This document shows positions 1 to 9,735 of a stretch of 26,002 nt of DNA, one piece after another (the stretch's first letter is position 1; each line of letters opens with the position of its first letter). A program made the position numbers and the translations under genes. This DNA is from an uncultured bacterium. GTDB taxonomy: Bacteria; Zhuqueibacterota; QNDG01; DSAB01. A model generated the notes under the pieces. It was not told the origin of the DNA, ran no database searches, and worked only from the letters and a program-made list of their open reading frames with translations. The DNA lies in contig CAZYTI010000001.1 in NCBI GenBank assembly GCA_964650065.1, positions 1 through 26,002 on the forward strand, in the 5' to 3' direction.

Positions 1-305
1 TATTTAAAGAAGACATGCAGGCATCGGTTCACCTTGAATTAAAACAGAATGCCCCCAATCCGTTTAATCCGCTGACCATGATTCGTTACCAGTTGGGAGA
101 ACCCAGTCGAGTTAGACTGACCGTCTACAACCTATTGGGCCAGGTGGTTCGAAGACTCCTGGACACAGAGCAGGAACAAGGATATCATACCATTCTATGG
201 GACGGTCGGAATGACCGAGGGCAACCCATGGGTACGGGGATCTATTTTTGTTCCTTAGAAACCGACAAACAGGTTTTCACCCAAAAACTTTCATTGATTC
301 GATAA
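1..305 (+). CDS. 3' end of a secreted protein: FlgD Ig-like / T9SS type A-like C-terminal sorting domain (partial, runs off left edge)
   Basis: Frame is open to the window edge (F-K-E-D before the ATG at 15); motif QNAPNPFNP...YNLLGQVVRRL...WDGRNDRGQ...GIYF is typical of this domain. Confidence 0.85.
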   Translation, partial: FKEDMQASVHLELKQNAPNPFNPLTMIRYQLGEPSRVRLTVYNLLGQVVRRLLDTEQEQGYHTILWDGRNDRGQPMGTGIYFCSLETDKQVFTQKLSLIR

Positions 306-331
306 CCACTTTCGGGCATGAAAAGAAGATA

Positions 332-3300
332 ATGATCTGGCTCATTAAAAATATGCGGACACTCCACAAACTGGTCTTGATCAGTATTTCTTTGATCCTG
401 ACACATCCGATTCATGCGGCTTTTCTTAGAAATGTTCCTCAAAAAGTCATCCAACCCGACGGGACAATCTTTAACTGCTTCGCATCAGGAGACGAATTTC
501 ACAACTGGTTACACGATAAAGACGGTTTCACAATCATCCAGGATCCGGTGACCGGATATTACGTATATGCAAAAAAAATAAATCAAAATCTCCATCCCAC
601 TCCATATATTGCAGGGAAGGCGAATCCCACTGTCATGCTCGTTGAACACGGCGTAAATACTGGTCGCCAAACAATTCGGGAGAGAAGGCAAAACTATATC
701 GAGACCTTACGTCTGAATGATAGTTACATGGCACCGACCCATGGCACATTGAATAATATCGTCATCTTTATACGTTTCAACGATCAGGGAGAATTCACCG
801 AACCATTGTCATTTTACGATGGTCAGTTCAATACCGACACCAATTCCATGAAAGGATACTACCAAGAAGCGTCCTATCAGACCCTGAGCATCGAATCCCA
901 ATTCTTTCCGGAATCCTTGAGCGATCAACTCGTGTCCTATCAGGACGCCCATCCCCGGAGCTATTATCGGCCTTACAACGTGGTAACAAATCCCAACGGG
1001 TACCAGAATGATGAGGAATCGAGAATCCGGGAACATACATTGTTGAAAAATGCACTCAATAGTGTTGCTCACCAGATCCCTGCCAATCTCGATCTGGATC
1101 TCGACAATGACGGTCTCGTCGACAACGTGTGTTTTATCATTCAAGGTGAAGCAGAAGGATGGAGTGATTTGCTCTGGCCGCACATGTGGGTTTTGTGGTC
1201 ATTTGATCCTCATTACGGTGATGGCACGGGAAACGTGATGATAAACGGTTCCATCGTATGGACGTATAATTTCAATCTCTCCGCTTTTTCCTCCAGCGGT
1301 CCAGGCGTGTTATGTCATGAAATGTTCCATTCCCTGGGTGCACCCGACTTATACCATTACACCAATAATGGTATATCACCCGTAGGCCCCTGGGACCTGA
1401 TGGAGAACGACCAGGATCCACCCCAGCATATGAGCAGTTACATGAAATACCGATACGGAGGCTGGATCGATAACATACCCGAAATTACAGCCGATGGCGT
1501 TTACAACCTCAGCCCCCTGACATCAGCAACGGGCAACTGCTACAGAATCGCATCCCCCAATTCAGGATCCGAATATTTCGTTGTGGAATACAGGAAAAAA
1601 GAGGGAACGTTCGAATCGAGTCTGCCAGGCTCCGGTCTCCTCGTTTATCGCATCAATACTGCTGAAGATGGTGATGGGAATGCGGATGGCCCTCCCGACG
1701 AAGTATATATCTATCGGCCGGGAGGAACGCCCACACAAAATGGGAACATCTACAATGCAAATTTTTCGTCGACTGTCGGCAGAACTCAAATCAACGATAT
1801 AACGGATCCATCACCATTTCTATCGGATGGCTCTCCCGGGGGATTAACCATTTCCAATATCGGCAGTGCAGGCAGTACCATTCAGTTCACCCTTGGGGGT
1901 TCATATCCTTCAATATCGACCGGTGGAGAACCCTTTTCTCAAACACTCAGTATCGATGAGGCTGACTCCCAGGTCCTCACCATTACAAACACGGGCGATC
2001 CTGGCTCCCTGTTAACCTACACCATTTCGTTCCAATCACCACCCCCAGGCAATAATCTTAGCAAAGCCATGGGGATTGGGGGCTCAACATTCGAAGGCAC
2101 ACCCAGCCTTTACCGACCAGGGACCACCTTTGACATCGTTTTCACAATCACAAACAGCAGTACAGATGAAGAATGGCTGGATGGGTCAAGTCTCAACGTC
2201 CCCTCCGGAGTCACGGTAAACAGCTCGACCCATTTTGTCGGTGGAAGCGGGGGCAATTTGGAAACGAACAATAACACCGGAGAAGGGGTGACTGTGACCT
2301 GGTCCGATGTAAACGGAGGTTTTGGCAATGTATTGGAAGGGGAAAGTGCCGTGGCAACGGTCAACATGACTGTGTCCGGTGGTTTATCGGGAGACATCAA
2401 TTTAGATTGGACGTTGTCTGGAGACAACTATGGAAGCACGCCCCACAATGTTTCCGGATCCGTCACACTGACGCATAGCTGGTTGATACCTTCGTCCGGC
2501 TCGGGCATGTGTGTCTACGGGGAGACCGATGACATTTCTCTGAATTTCAACGCCACCGGCTTTACTGCCGGCAGCTATAACGGAACAGTCATCATTACCC
2601 ACAACAGCGGCGATCCAGTCAATATACCCATCAGTTTAACCGTCACCGATAACACCGTAAAACCACCGCCTTCCTTAATATCCCTCCAATCTGTAAACGA
2701 TACAAACTTGCAGCTTACTTTTTCTGAGGTCGAAGGGGCGACTGCATACAACATCTACAGATCCACCACAGCGTCTTTCATTCCAGACATCATGGATGGA
2801 TCGAACCGTGTAGCCACCGGCATTACCGATGAGGATCCTATATCTGACGGAGTTCAGTGGACCGACCATGAAAATGTCGTGGGCGATCCATCGACGAACT
2901 ATTTTTATACCCTGACGACAGTCGGGTCGAGTGAGAGTGATCCATCCGAAAAGTTCGGAGAGTTCGATTTCGATCTGATCACCACGGGGACCACTGATTT
3001 CAACGAAATCGCCCTGCCCCTAATCACATCTGAGATCACCAATGCCCAGCATCTCATGGAAGCCATCACCGGGTGCAATTCCACGGCTCAGTGGAATTCC
3101 GGCATACAGGGTTACGAGCAGTACATTCCAGGGATACCACCTACCAACTTTACCGTCGAGATGGGATATCCCTATTATGTCAACGTAACCGGCAATACCG
3201 GTTTTACACTCCTGGGGAAGATAGCCACACCCTCATTCAATTTGATCACCACGCCGACAACGGATTTCAATGAAATTGTGCTTCCCCTGACGAAAACGGA

Positions 3301-4132
3301 AATTACCAAAGCATCTCAGCTCATGAACGACATTCCCAACTGTAACAGTGCCGCCTATTGGGATGCCTCAATCCAGGGCTACCAGCAGTATATCCCGGGC
3401 ATACCTCCCACCGATTTTGACGTTCGTGTCGGGTATCCCTACTATGTGAATGTCACGGCCCAGGTCTCCTGGCCCCAGGGTGGAACGCTGAAATACCGGA
3501 ACAGGCCCATTTCCCCCGTTCAGGATGGGGCAGGGATTCGGGCGCCCCATTGTGCCTGGGGACGATTCGATCTAAATGTAAATTTCAACATAGAAGATGT
3601 TCATTTTTCTGCATTCATCACGTCTCGAACCCCAGAAAAACTCACCGAACAATCCCCCGGATGCTCGATACCGGGAGGATACTGGATCGTCCAGTGCAGC
3701 TCATTTCCGTCACCATGGAAAGCCGGAGATACCCTCCATGTTGATGTATTGGACAAGACCGGACGAATTCTCTCGGAAGTCGAAGTCGAACTGTCCTATG
3801 AACCTGCCGATGAGGCGGAATCGGTTCTTGTGAACCCTTCCCCCTTGAGTCCTAACAGTTTCGAGTTGCAACAGAATATGCCCAATCCGTTTAACAGTTC
3901 AACCACACTCTTTTTCACTACAATTGAGGAGTGTCATGTTAGAATCATTGTTTACAACATGAAAGGACAAGAAGTTCGAAGTCTTCTGGACGAAATAAAA
4001 ACCGGCGGTTATCACAGCGTGGTCTGGAATGGGAGGGACAACAATCAGCATGCCGTGGACAGCGGTGTGTATTTCATACAAATGGAAGCGGCACTTTATA
4101 GCGAGAATATAAAAGTATTACTCCTTCAATAG
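332..4132 (+). CDS. Secreted M6-family (immune inhibitor A-like) zinc metalloprotease with Ig-like/FN3 modules, a tandem 89-aa repeat and a C-terminal FlgD-Ig sorting domain
   Basis: Signal peptide after M at 332/353; QPDG...GDEFHNW propeptide; HEMFHSLGAPDLY zinc motif; WDLM Met-turn; EYFVVEYR; C-terminal QNMPNPFN...WNGRD. The ORF-track start at 248 overlaps the upstream gene and is unlikely. Confidence 0.9.
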   Translation: MIWLIKNMRTLHKLVLISISLILTHPIHAAFLRNVPQKVIQPDGTIFNCFASGDEFHNWLHDKDGFTIIQDPVTGYYVYAKKINQNLHPTPYIAGKANPTVMLVEHGVNTGRQTIRERRQNYIETLRLNDSYMAPTHGTLNNIVIFIRFNDQGEFTEPLSFYDGQFNTDTNSMKGYYQEASYQTLSIESQFFPESLSDQLVSYQDAHPRSYYRPYNVVTNPNGYQNDEESRIREHTLLKNALNSVAHQIPANLDLDLDNDGLVDNVCFIIQGEAEGWSDLLWPHMWVLWSFDPHYGDGTGNVMINGSIVWTYNFNLSAFSSSGPGVLCHEMFHSLGAPDLYHYTNNGISPVGPWDLMENDQDPPQHMSSYMKYRYGGWIDNIPEITADGVYNLSPLTSATGNCYRIASPNSGSEYFVVEYRKKEGTFESSLPGSGLLVYRINTAEDGDGNADGPPDEVYIYRPGGTPTQNGNIYNANFSSTVGRTQINDITDPSPFLSDGSPGGLTISNIGSAGSTIQFTLGGSYPSISTGGEPFSQTLSIDEADSQVLTITNTGDPGSLLTYTISFQSPPPGNNLSKAMGIGGSTFEGTPSLYRPGTTFDIVFTITNSSTDEEWLDGSSLNVPSGVTVNSSTHFVGGSGGNLETNNNTGEGVTVTWSDVNGGFGNVLEGESAVATVNMTVSGGLSGDINLDWTLSGDNYGSTPHNVSGSVTLTHSWLIPSSGSGMCVYGETDDISLNFNATGFTAGSYNGTVIITHNSGDPVNIPISLTVTDNTVKPPPSLISLQSVNDTNLQLTFSEVEGATAYNIYRSTTASFIPDIMDGSNRVATGITDEDPISDGVQWTDHENVVGDPSTNYFYTLTTVGSSESDPSEKFGEFDFDLITTGTTDFNEIALPLITSEITNAQHLMEAITGCNSTAQWNSGIQGYEQYIPGIPPTNFTVEMGYPYYVNVTGNTGFTLLGKIATPSFNLITTPTTDFNEIVLPLTKTEITKASQLMNDIPNCNSAAYWDASIQGYQQYIPGIPPTDFDVRVGYPYYVNVTAQVSWPQGGTLKYRNRPISPVQDGAGIRAPHCAWGRFDLNVNFNIEDVHFSAFITSRTPEKLTEQSPGCSIPGGYWIVQCSSFPSPWKAGDTLHVDVLDKTGRILSEVEVELSYEPADEAESVLVNPSPLSPNSFELQQNMPNPFNSSTTLFFTTIEECHVRIIVYNMKGQEVRSLLDEIKTGGYHSVVWNGRDNNQHAVDSGVYFIQMEAALYSENIKVLLLQ
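2969..3457 (+). repeat. Intragenic tandem duplication, 267-bp period (2969-3190 and 3236-3457)
   Basis: FDLITTGTTDFNEIALPL...QGYEQYIPGIPPTNF...GYPYYVNVT versus FNLITTPTTDFNEIVLPL...QGYQQYIPGIPPTDF...GYPYYVNVT. Confidence 0.9.
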
Positions 4133-4223
4133 GTTTATATGACCACATGAGAGGCTAATTCTTTTTAATCAATCCGGCGTCGTTAATTCAAACACGCACC
4201 ATGTCAGGACCATCACTTTCTCC

Positions 4224-4252
4224 TTGACAACCGGCTCGGGAATCCGTAACTT
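4224..4252 (+). promoter_or_regulatory. Candidate sigma70 promoter for the DUF62 operon
   Basis: TTGACA (4224-4229), 17-nt spacer, TAACTT (4247-4252), 21 nt upstream of the ATG at 4274. Confidence 0.55.
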
Positions 4253-4273
4253 CTGCCACCGGAAAATTCAATC

Positions 4274-5059
4274 ATGGAGTTTAAAGTGATCATCACCTTA
4301 CTGACAGATTTCGGTGTCTCCGATTACTATGTGGGATCCATGAAGGGCGTCATCCTGAATATCAATCCAAATGTGCATATCGTGGATATCACCCATGAGA
4401 TTGCTTCCCAGAGTATTGAGGAAGCTGCCTTTATATTGAAGAGATCCTATGCCTATTATCCCCAAGGGACCATCCATGTTCTCGTCGTGGATCCGGGCGT
4501 CGGAAGTAAGCGGGCTATCCTGGCCGTTCAAACTGAACGGTATATCTTTCTTGCACCCGACAATGGCGCACTCAAGTATATCTTTCATACCCATCCCGAC
4601 GCTGTGGTGTATCGATTGACAAATTCATCTTTCTTTCTGACAAAGGTCAGTTCTACATTCCACGGAAGAGATATCTTTGCCCCGGTGGCCGCCCATTTAT
4701 CAAAAGGATGTAAATTGCAGACACTGGGTGAACTTTTTCCGAATTATATCGTTGGAGAAATAAAAATGCCTGTTCCGGAATTGCAGGGTATCTCCGGGGA
4801 AATCATCTACATTGACAAATTTGGAAATGGTGTCACCAACATCGAGGCGACCTCGCTCGGTGATCACGAACATGTCGAGATCCGGGTAAAATCCCAATTA
4901 TTGAAGGGGGTGAACAGAACCTATGCCGATGTGGAAGCAGGCGAACCTCTCGCCCTCATCGGGAGTGGTGGAACCCTTGAGATATCCCTGCATGGATCGA
5001 GTGTATCAGAAAAATTGGACTTGTGCATCGGAGACACGGTAACAGTGACTTTTGCATAA
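4274..5059 (+). CDS. SAM-dependent chlorinase/fluorinase family protein (DUF62, SAM hydroxide adenosyltransferase)
   Basis: TLLTDFG..DYYVGSMKGVI, VVDPGVGS.R, APDNG, STFHGRDIFAPVAAHL, IYIDKFGN motifs. Confidence 0.92.
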   Translation: MEFKVIITLLTDFGVSDYYVGSMKGVILNINPNVHIVDITHEIASQSIEEAAFILKRSYAYYPQGTIHVLVVDPGVGSKRAILAVQTERYIFLAPDNGALKYIFHTHPDAVVYRLTNSSFFLTKVSSTFHGRDIFAPVAAHLSKGCKLQTLGELFPNYIVGEIKMPVPELQGISGEIIYIDKFGNGVTNIEATSLGDHEHVEIRVKSQLLKGVNRTYADVEAGEPLALIGSGGTLEISLHGSSVSEKLDLCIGDTVTVTFA

Positions 5060-5072
5060 AATGGAGCATGAG

Positions 5073-5999
5073 ATGGAAAAAGATCGGTTTCCAGTATTCA
5101 CAAAACGCAATCGGACAGATGAAAATACAAACGTAACGGATATTTCTCCCAGGAAACGTAATATCACCATACACGTAGTGCTCTTCGTCTTGACCATCAT
5201 GTCCACCTACGTGGTGGCTCTGGGGGACGGCCCCCTCGGCGCGCTGTGGTATTCTCTGGGTATCATAACAATCCTGCTCACTCACGAGATGGGACATTAC
5301 CTGATGGCCAAAAAGCACAAGGTTCCGGCGACACTACCCTATTTCATTCCCCTTCCCATAGGGCCCTTTGGTACCATGGGTGCCGTTATAAAGATGAAAG
5401 GTCGGATTCCCAACCGCAGAGCTCTGTTCGACGTGGGTGTAGCAGGCCCATTGGCAGGACTGGTCATGATCATACCGGCGATTCTTATCGGTCTGAAGCT
5501 TTCCCCCATCGTGGAATTGTCTTCCCTGGATCAGGGGACCACAATCACCCTGGGGGATTCGCTCCTCTTTTCACTCTTTGCGCGTATCATACACGGATCT
5601 CTTCCCTCGGGACACGATATTTTTCTCCATCCCCTGGCCTTTGCAGGTTGGGTGGGTCTACTGGTAACGGCCCTGAACCTCCTCCCCATCGGCCAGTTGG
5701 ACGGAGGACATATCATGTATGCCTTATTTTGGAGAAACAGTAAAGTGGTTTCAACGATTGTCTATATCCTCTTCATCTTTGTCTGCCTGTTTTATTATGC
5801 CGGCTGGTTACTCTTCCTAATCGTTCTCTCCTTTGTCCGTCGGCATCCTCCTACAATGGATGATTACATACCCCTGGACACAAAAAGAAAAATCATCGGC
5901 GCTTTTGCGATCATTGTCTTCATCCTGGCTTTTACCCCCGTTCCTTTTGGTTTTGGCGACGGGCTCATCCCACTTATCATGCAACAGATCCGTCCATGA
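5073..5999 (+). CDS. Site-2 protease family (peptidase M50) intramembrane metalloprotease
   Basis: HEMGH, AGPLAG and NLLPIGQLDGGH motifs; multiple hydrophobic segments; GGAG at 5063-5066 supports the ATG at 5073 (5061 is an alternative). Confidence 0.92.
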   Translation: MEKDRFPVFTKRNRTDENTNVTDISPRKRNITIHVVLFVLTIMSTYVVALGDGPLGALWYSLGIITILLTHEMGHYLMAKKHKVPATLPYFIPLPIGPFGTMGAVIKMKGRIPNRRALFDVGVAGPLAGLVMIIPAILIGLKLSPIVELSSLDQGTTITLGDSLLFSLFARIIHGSLPSGHDIFLHPLAFAGWVGLLVTALNLLPIGQLDGGHIMYALFWRNSKVVSTIVYILFIFVCLFYYAGWLLFLIVLSFVRRHPPTMDDYIPLDTKRKIIGAFAIIVFILAFTPVPFGFGDGLIPLIMQQIRP

Positions 6000-6919
6000 A
6001 CTCCCAAAAACAAATTGTGGGCCTGGGAGAGGTCCTATGGGATCTATACCCTGAAGAAAAACACCTGGGAGGGTCCCCGGCCAATGCAGCCATCCATGCG
6101 CATCGATTGGGTGCGGAAGGTGTGATCGTCAGCGCCGTGGGCCAGGATGATTTAGGCGATGCGATTATGAGGTCCCTCGGTGCACAGGGGATCAACACAC
6201 ACCATATTCAAAGGTCACCATCCCGACCAACAGGTACGGTCCGGGTCAGGCTGGATCAGAACGGCATTCCCCAATTTCGATGTTCCAAGGATGTAGCCTT
6301 TGATGATCTCCGGTGGAATGAGAATCTTGACACCCTCCTCAAAACGGCGAACGCCATTGTCATCGGAACACTGGCCCAAAGGAATCCAACGTCAAGAGAA
6401 ACCATTCAAAATGCCATTAAAATCGCATCGGGAACCATTGTCTTCGATGTCAATTTCCGAGAATGGAATGATGGAATCGGCCAAATCGTAAAGGATACAT
6501 TGATTCATACTGATATCCTGAAAGTGAATGAAAACGAACTCCACGCTCTTAAAAAAGCATTCTCATCCCAAAAGAAAAGCATGTTCACTTTTCTCGAGTG
6601 GTTGATGGATACGTTTCCCATGAAACTGATCGCCGTATCATTGGGGAAAAAAGGGTGCTTGCTCACCAACGGGAACGAAACGGTCCTCTCCCCCGGTATC
6701 AACATTCCTCCTGTCGATACTACGGGCTGCGGGGACGCTTTCGTGGCCGGGATGGCATTCAAATATCTGAAGAACGCCACCCTGGAAGTGATGGCAGAAT
6801 TTGCCAACCAATTGGGGGCTTTTATTGCTACGATGAAGGGAGCTGCTCCCGAATACACAGTCAGTGACTTCATGAATTTTCAGAATAACCGGCACGACCG
6901 GAATCGGTTTCAACTCTGA
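5996..6919 (+). CDS. PfkB family carbohydrate kinase (fructokinase-like)
   Basis: GLGEVLWD, GGSPAN, FDVNFR, ILKVNENE, DTTGCGDAF signatures; ATGA overlap with the upstream stop. Confidence 0.92.
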   Translation: MNSQKQIVGLGEVLWDLYPEEKHLGGSPANAAIHAHRLGAEGVIVSAVGQDDLGDAIMRSLGAQGINTHHIQRSPSRPTGTVRVRLDQNGIPQFRCSKDVAFDDLRWNENLDTLLKTANAIVIGTLAQRNPTSRETIQNAIKIASGTIVFDVNFREWNDGIGQIVKDTLIHTDILKVNENELHALKKAFSSQKKSMFTFLEWLMDTFPMKLIAVSLGKKGCLLTNGNETVLSPGINIPPVDTTGCGDAFVAGMAFKYLKNATLEVMAEFANQLGAFIATMKGAAPEYTVSDFMNFQNNRHDRNRFQL

Positions 6920-7097
6920 AAATATTTTATAATAATTCCTCGAATTAGAGAATATCATTTTAAAATAAATCATCGTTCAGGCTTATCTTTTATTTTGCAT
7001 CAGTCCTATCGATGCAAAATAAAAATGGGCCTTTTTTTCTTGTTTTCCATATTGCAGACTATTATATTGATCCATCAATACTTAACAAGGACAAAGC

Positions 7098-7889
7098 GTG
7101 AAAATCGCCGTATATCAATTCGCTCCCGAGTTTGGAAACAAGGAAAAAAACCTCCGAAAAATCGAGGAGGCGGCTCAAACCACAGACGCAGACCTCCTCG
7201 TACTACCCGAGCTCTGTACCACCGGATACCAGTTCATATCCGGAACGGAGGTGAATGAGCTCTGCGAACCCATCCCAGATGGTCCCACAGTTCAGCGATG
7301 GGAGCAAATTTGTAAGGAAAAGGGGATGGTCCTCGTGGCCGGTCTCATTGAGATTGAGAGTCAGACCACTTACAATACAGCAGTACTCATTGGACCGGAT
7401 GGATTCATCGGATCCTATCGAAAGGTACATCTCTTCTGTGAAGAGAAACAGTGGTTCCAGTCGGGCAATCTCGGATTTCCCATCTGGAACATTGGCATGG
7501 CCAAAATCGGTATCCTGATCTGTTTTGACTGGGTCTTCCCCGAGGCAGCACGATCCTTAGCCCTCCAGGGTGCCGACATCCTCTGCCATCCTGTGAATCT
7601 GGTTTTACCTTATTGCCAGGATGCCATGGTCACTCGGTCCATCGAGAATGGCGTCTTTACCATCACGACCAACCGGATCGGAAGCGAAGCCAGGGGCGGC
7701 AAAGACAGACTCACTTTCACGGGAAGAAGTCAGACGGTGAATCCAAGAGGTAAAGTCCTCTTCAGATTGGAAGAAAACAACGAAATCCTCCATGAATTCG
7801 AGATAGATCCCATGGAAGCACGGGATAAAAACATCACTCCCCAAAACCATCTTTTTGACGATCGAATAACAGGTCAGTATTTAAGCTGA
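7098..7889 (+). CDS. Nitrilase / carbon-nitrogen hydrolase family amidohydrolase
   Basis: Glu-Lys-Cys triad contexts LPELCTTGY, YRKVHLF, ICFDWVFPE; GTG start preceded by AAGGA. Confidence 0.92.
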   Translation: MKIAVYQFAPEFGNKEKNLRKIEEAAQTTDADLLVLPELCTTGYQFISGTEVNELCEPIPDGPTVQRWEQICKEKGMVLVAGLIEIESQTTYNTAVLIGPDGFIGSYRKVHLFCEEKQWFQSGNLGFPIWNIGMAKIGILICFDWVFPEAARSLALQGADILCHPVNLVLPYCQDAMVTRSIENGVFTITTNRIGSEARGGKDRLTFTGRSQTVNPRGKVLFRLEENNEILHEFEIDPMEARDKNITPQNHLFDDRITGQYLS

Positions 7890-7895
7890 TAAAGA

Positions 7896-8107
7896 TTTTT
7901 TAGACAGGATTCACAGGACAATAAAGGAACTGAACAAAGATAGACATCGTTTTATCAATTGTGATTTTGGTCATTGCATATTATTTGGTATTTACCTGCC
8001 CGCCTTCAACACAATATTCGAAGTATGAGGTAAAAAAGGCAGGCGGGTTATTTGAGATTTGTAATTTCAATAATATCCTGTACATCCTGTTAATCCTGTC
8101 TAAAAAA
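7896..8107. repeat. Miniature palindromic element with 23-bp terminal inverted repeats (1 mismatch) and a nested inner element
   Basis: TTTTTTAGACAGGATTCACAGGA (7896-7918) versus TCCTGTTAATCCTGTCTAAAAAA (8085-8107); ATCCTGT recurs with 9-bp period at 8075/8084/8093. Confidence 0.8.
7995..8047. repeat. CCTGCCCGCC-N33-GGCAGGCGGG element, copy 1
   Basis: Arms at 7995-8004 and 8038-8047, inside ATTTG-based heptamer-like repeats; second copy at 18356-18408. Confidence 0.8.
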
Positions 8108-8121
8108 TAAAGGAAAAGAAC

Positions 8122-9579
8122 GTGGCTGAATCCTGGAACGGCCCCCTAGAAAAAATCGATGACTTCAGGTGGCGCATTCCGGCAACATATCAGAAAGGCA
8201 TGCGGGTGCCCGGTCTGATCTATGCGGACGAGGAAATGATCAAGCTCGTTCGCCGGGGCCAGGCCCTTCAACAAGTCGCGAATGTCGCCCACTTGCCGGG
8301 ACTTATCGGCTCCTCCATGGCCATGCCCGATATTCATTGGGGATATGGCTTCCCCATCGGTGGTGTGGCCGGTATGGATACGCAAGAAGGCGTGATTTCT
8401 CCCGGCGGTGTGGGTTATGACATCAACTGCGGTGTGAGACTCCTCCGAACCAATTTGACCTGTCCGGACATTAAAGATCGAATCCGGCTCCTGGTAGAGA
8501 GGCTATTCCAAAATATACCCTGCGGCGTGGGATCTTCAGGAAGATTGAAGCTTTCCTCCAAAGATGAAAAGAAAGTCCTTCGAGATGGTTCCTCATGGGC
8601 GGTAAAACAGGGATTCGGCTGGGCGGAAGATGTGGAACTCACGGAACAGAATGGATGCCTTCAAGGTGCCGATCCCGAAGCCCTGACAGCCCGGGCCCTG
8701 GAACGGGGCAGACCCCAATTGGGCACACTGGGATCTGGAAACCACTTTTTGGAAATTCAGGAGGTACAGAAAATCTACGACCAGGAGGCCGCCAGGGCCT
8801 TTGGCCTCCATGAAAAACAGATCACTGTGATGATTCATACGGGATCCCGTGGATTGGGGTATCAGGTTTGTGATGACAATCTGGATCGCATGGTGCGGGC
8901 CATGAATAAGTACCGGATTCATGTGCCGGACAAACAATTGGCCTGTACGCCGGTAACCTCTTCCGAAGGGAAGCAATACTTCGCCGCCATGGCAGCTGCG
9001 GCCAACTACGCCTGGACCAACCGTCAGCTCATTCTCCACTGGGTGCGGCAAACCTTCGAACAGATATTGCGGCAATCCGCTGAAAGCATGGACATGCACA
9101 TGGTTTATGACGTGGCCCATAACATCGCCAAGTTTGAAGATCATATCATCCAGGGAAACCAGACCAAGGTCGTGGTTCACCGGAAGGGCGCCACCCGGGC
9201 CTTCGCTGCCGGACATCCGGAGGTGCCGGAGAAGTATCGAAAATTCGGACAGCCCGTCTTGATCCCGGGAGATATGGGTACGGCTTCCTATGTGCTGGTC
9301 GGTACCCGGAAAGCCATGGAGGAAAGTTTCGGTTCTACCTGTCATGGTGCGGGACGGGTCATGAGCCGTCATGCGGCCATCAGGGCAACCAAGGGACGGG
9401 CACTGGCCCGGGAGCTGGAAGACCGGGGAATCATCGTACGCAGCAGGGGGCGAAAGACATTACAAGAGGAAGCGTCCGAGGCCTACAAAGACATCAATCG
9501 GGTGGTAGAAATCGTGCACAATGCCGGTCTCTCACGAAAAGTCGCCAAAATGAGACCCCTGGGTGTAGTGAAAGGATGA
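8122..9579 (+). CDS. rtcB: RtcB family RNA ligase (3'-phosphate/5'-hydroxyl), long archaeal/eukaryote-like type
   Basis: MPDIHWGYGFPIGG, DINCGVR, GTLGSGNHFLEIQ, HTGSRG, YDVAHN, HRKGAT, PGDMG, STCHGAGR, EEASEAYK motifs. Confidence 0.96.
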   Translation: MAESWNGPLEKIDDFRWRIPATYQKGMRVPGLIYADEEMIKLVRRGQALQQVANVAHLPGLIGSSMAMPDIHWGYGFPIGGVAGMDTQEGVISPGGVGYDINCGVRLLRTNLTCPDIKDRIRLLVERLFQNIPCGVGSSGRLKLSSKDEKKVLRDGSSWAVKQGFGWAEDVELTEQNGCLQGADPEALTARALERGRPQLGTLGSGNHFLEIQEVQKIYDQEAARAFGLHEKQITVMIHTGSRGLGYQVCDDNLDRMVRAMNKYRIHVPDKQLACTPVTSSEGKQYFAAMAAAANYAWTNRQLILHWVRQTFEQILRQSAESMDMHMVYDVAHNIAKFEDHIIQGNQTKVVVHRKGATRAFAAGHPEVPEKYRKFGQPVLIPGDMGTASYVLVGTRKAMEESFGSTCHGAGRVMSRHAAIRATKGRALARELEDRGIIVRSRGRKTLQEEASEAYKDINRVVEIVHNAGLSRKVAKMRPLGVVKG

Positions 9580-9588
9580 CCCCCCCCT

Positions 9589-9701
9589 GATGGAACGCGG
9601 ATTGAACGGATGAAACGGATATAGGGATTTAAAGAAATAAAAATCAAATCTATTCAATATCCGTTCTGATCCGTCCAATCCGTTTAAATCCGCGTTCCAT
9701 C
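9589..9701. repeat. Imperfect inverted repeat built from about 9-bp ACGGAT units
   Basis: GATGGAACGCGGATT (9589-9603) is a perfect inverted repeat of AATCCGCGTTCCATC (9687-9701); CGGAT at 9598/9607/9616 is mirrored by ATCCG at 9659/9669/9678/9688. Confidence 0.8.
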
Positions 9702-9735
9702 GGAGGGAGGGATAAATTGATATACAGGAGATAAA

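Noticed and set aside
248-331. ORF-track start of the M6 protease
   Set aside because: It overlaps the upstream gene's 3' end and precedes the signal peptide; 332 or 353 fits better.
8593-9372. 259-aa antisense ORF within rtcB, and the many other 60-165 aa overlapping ORFs in the track
   Set aside because: They are shadow ORFs of well-supported genes with no recognisable motifs or RBS.
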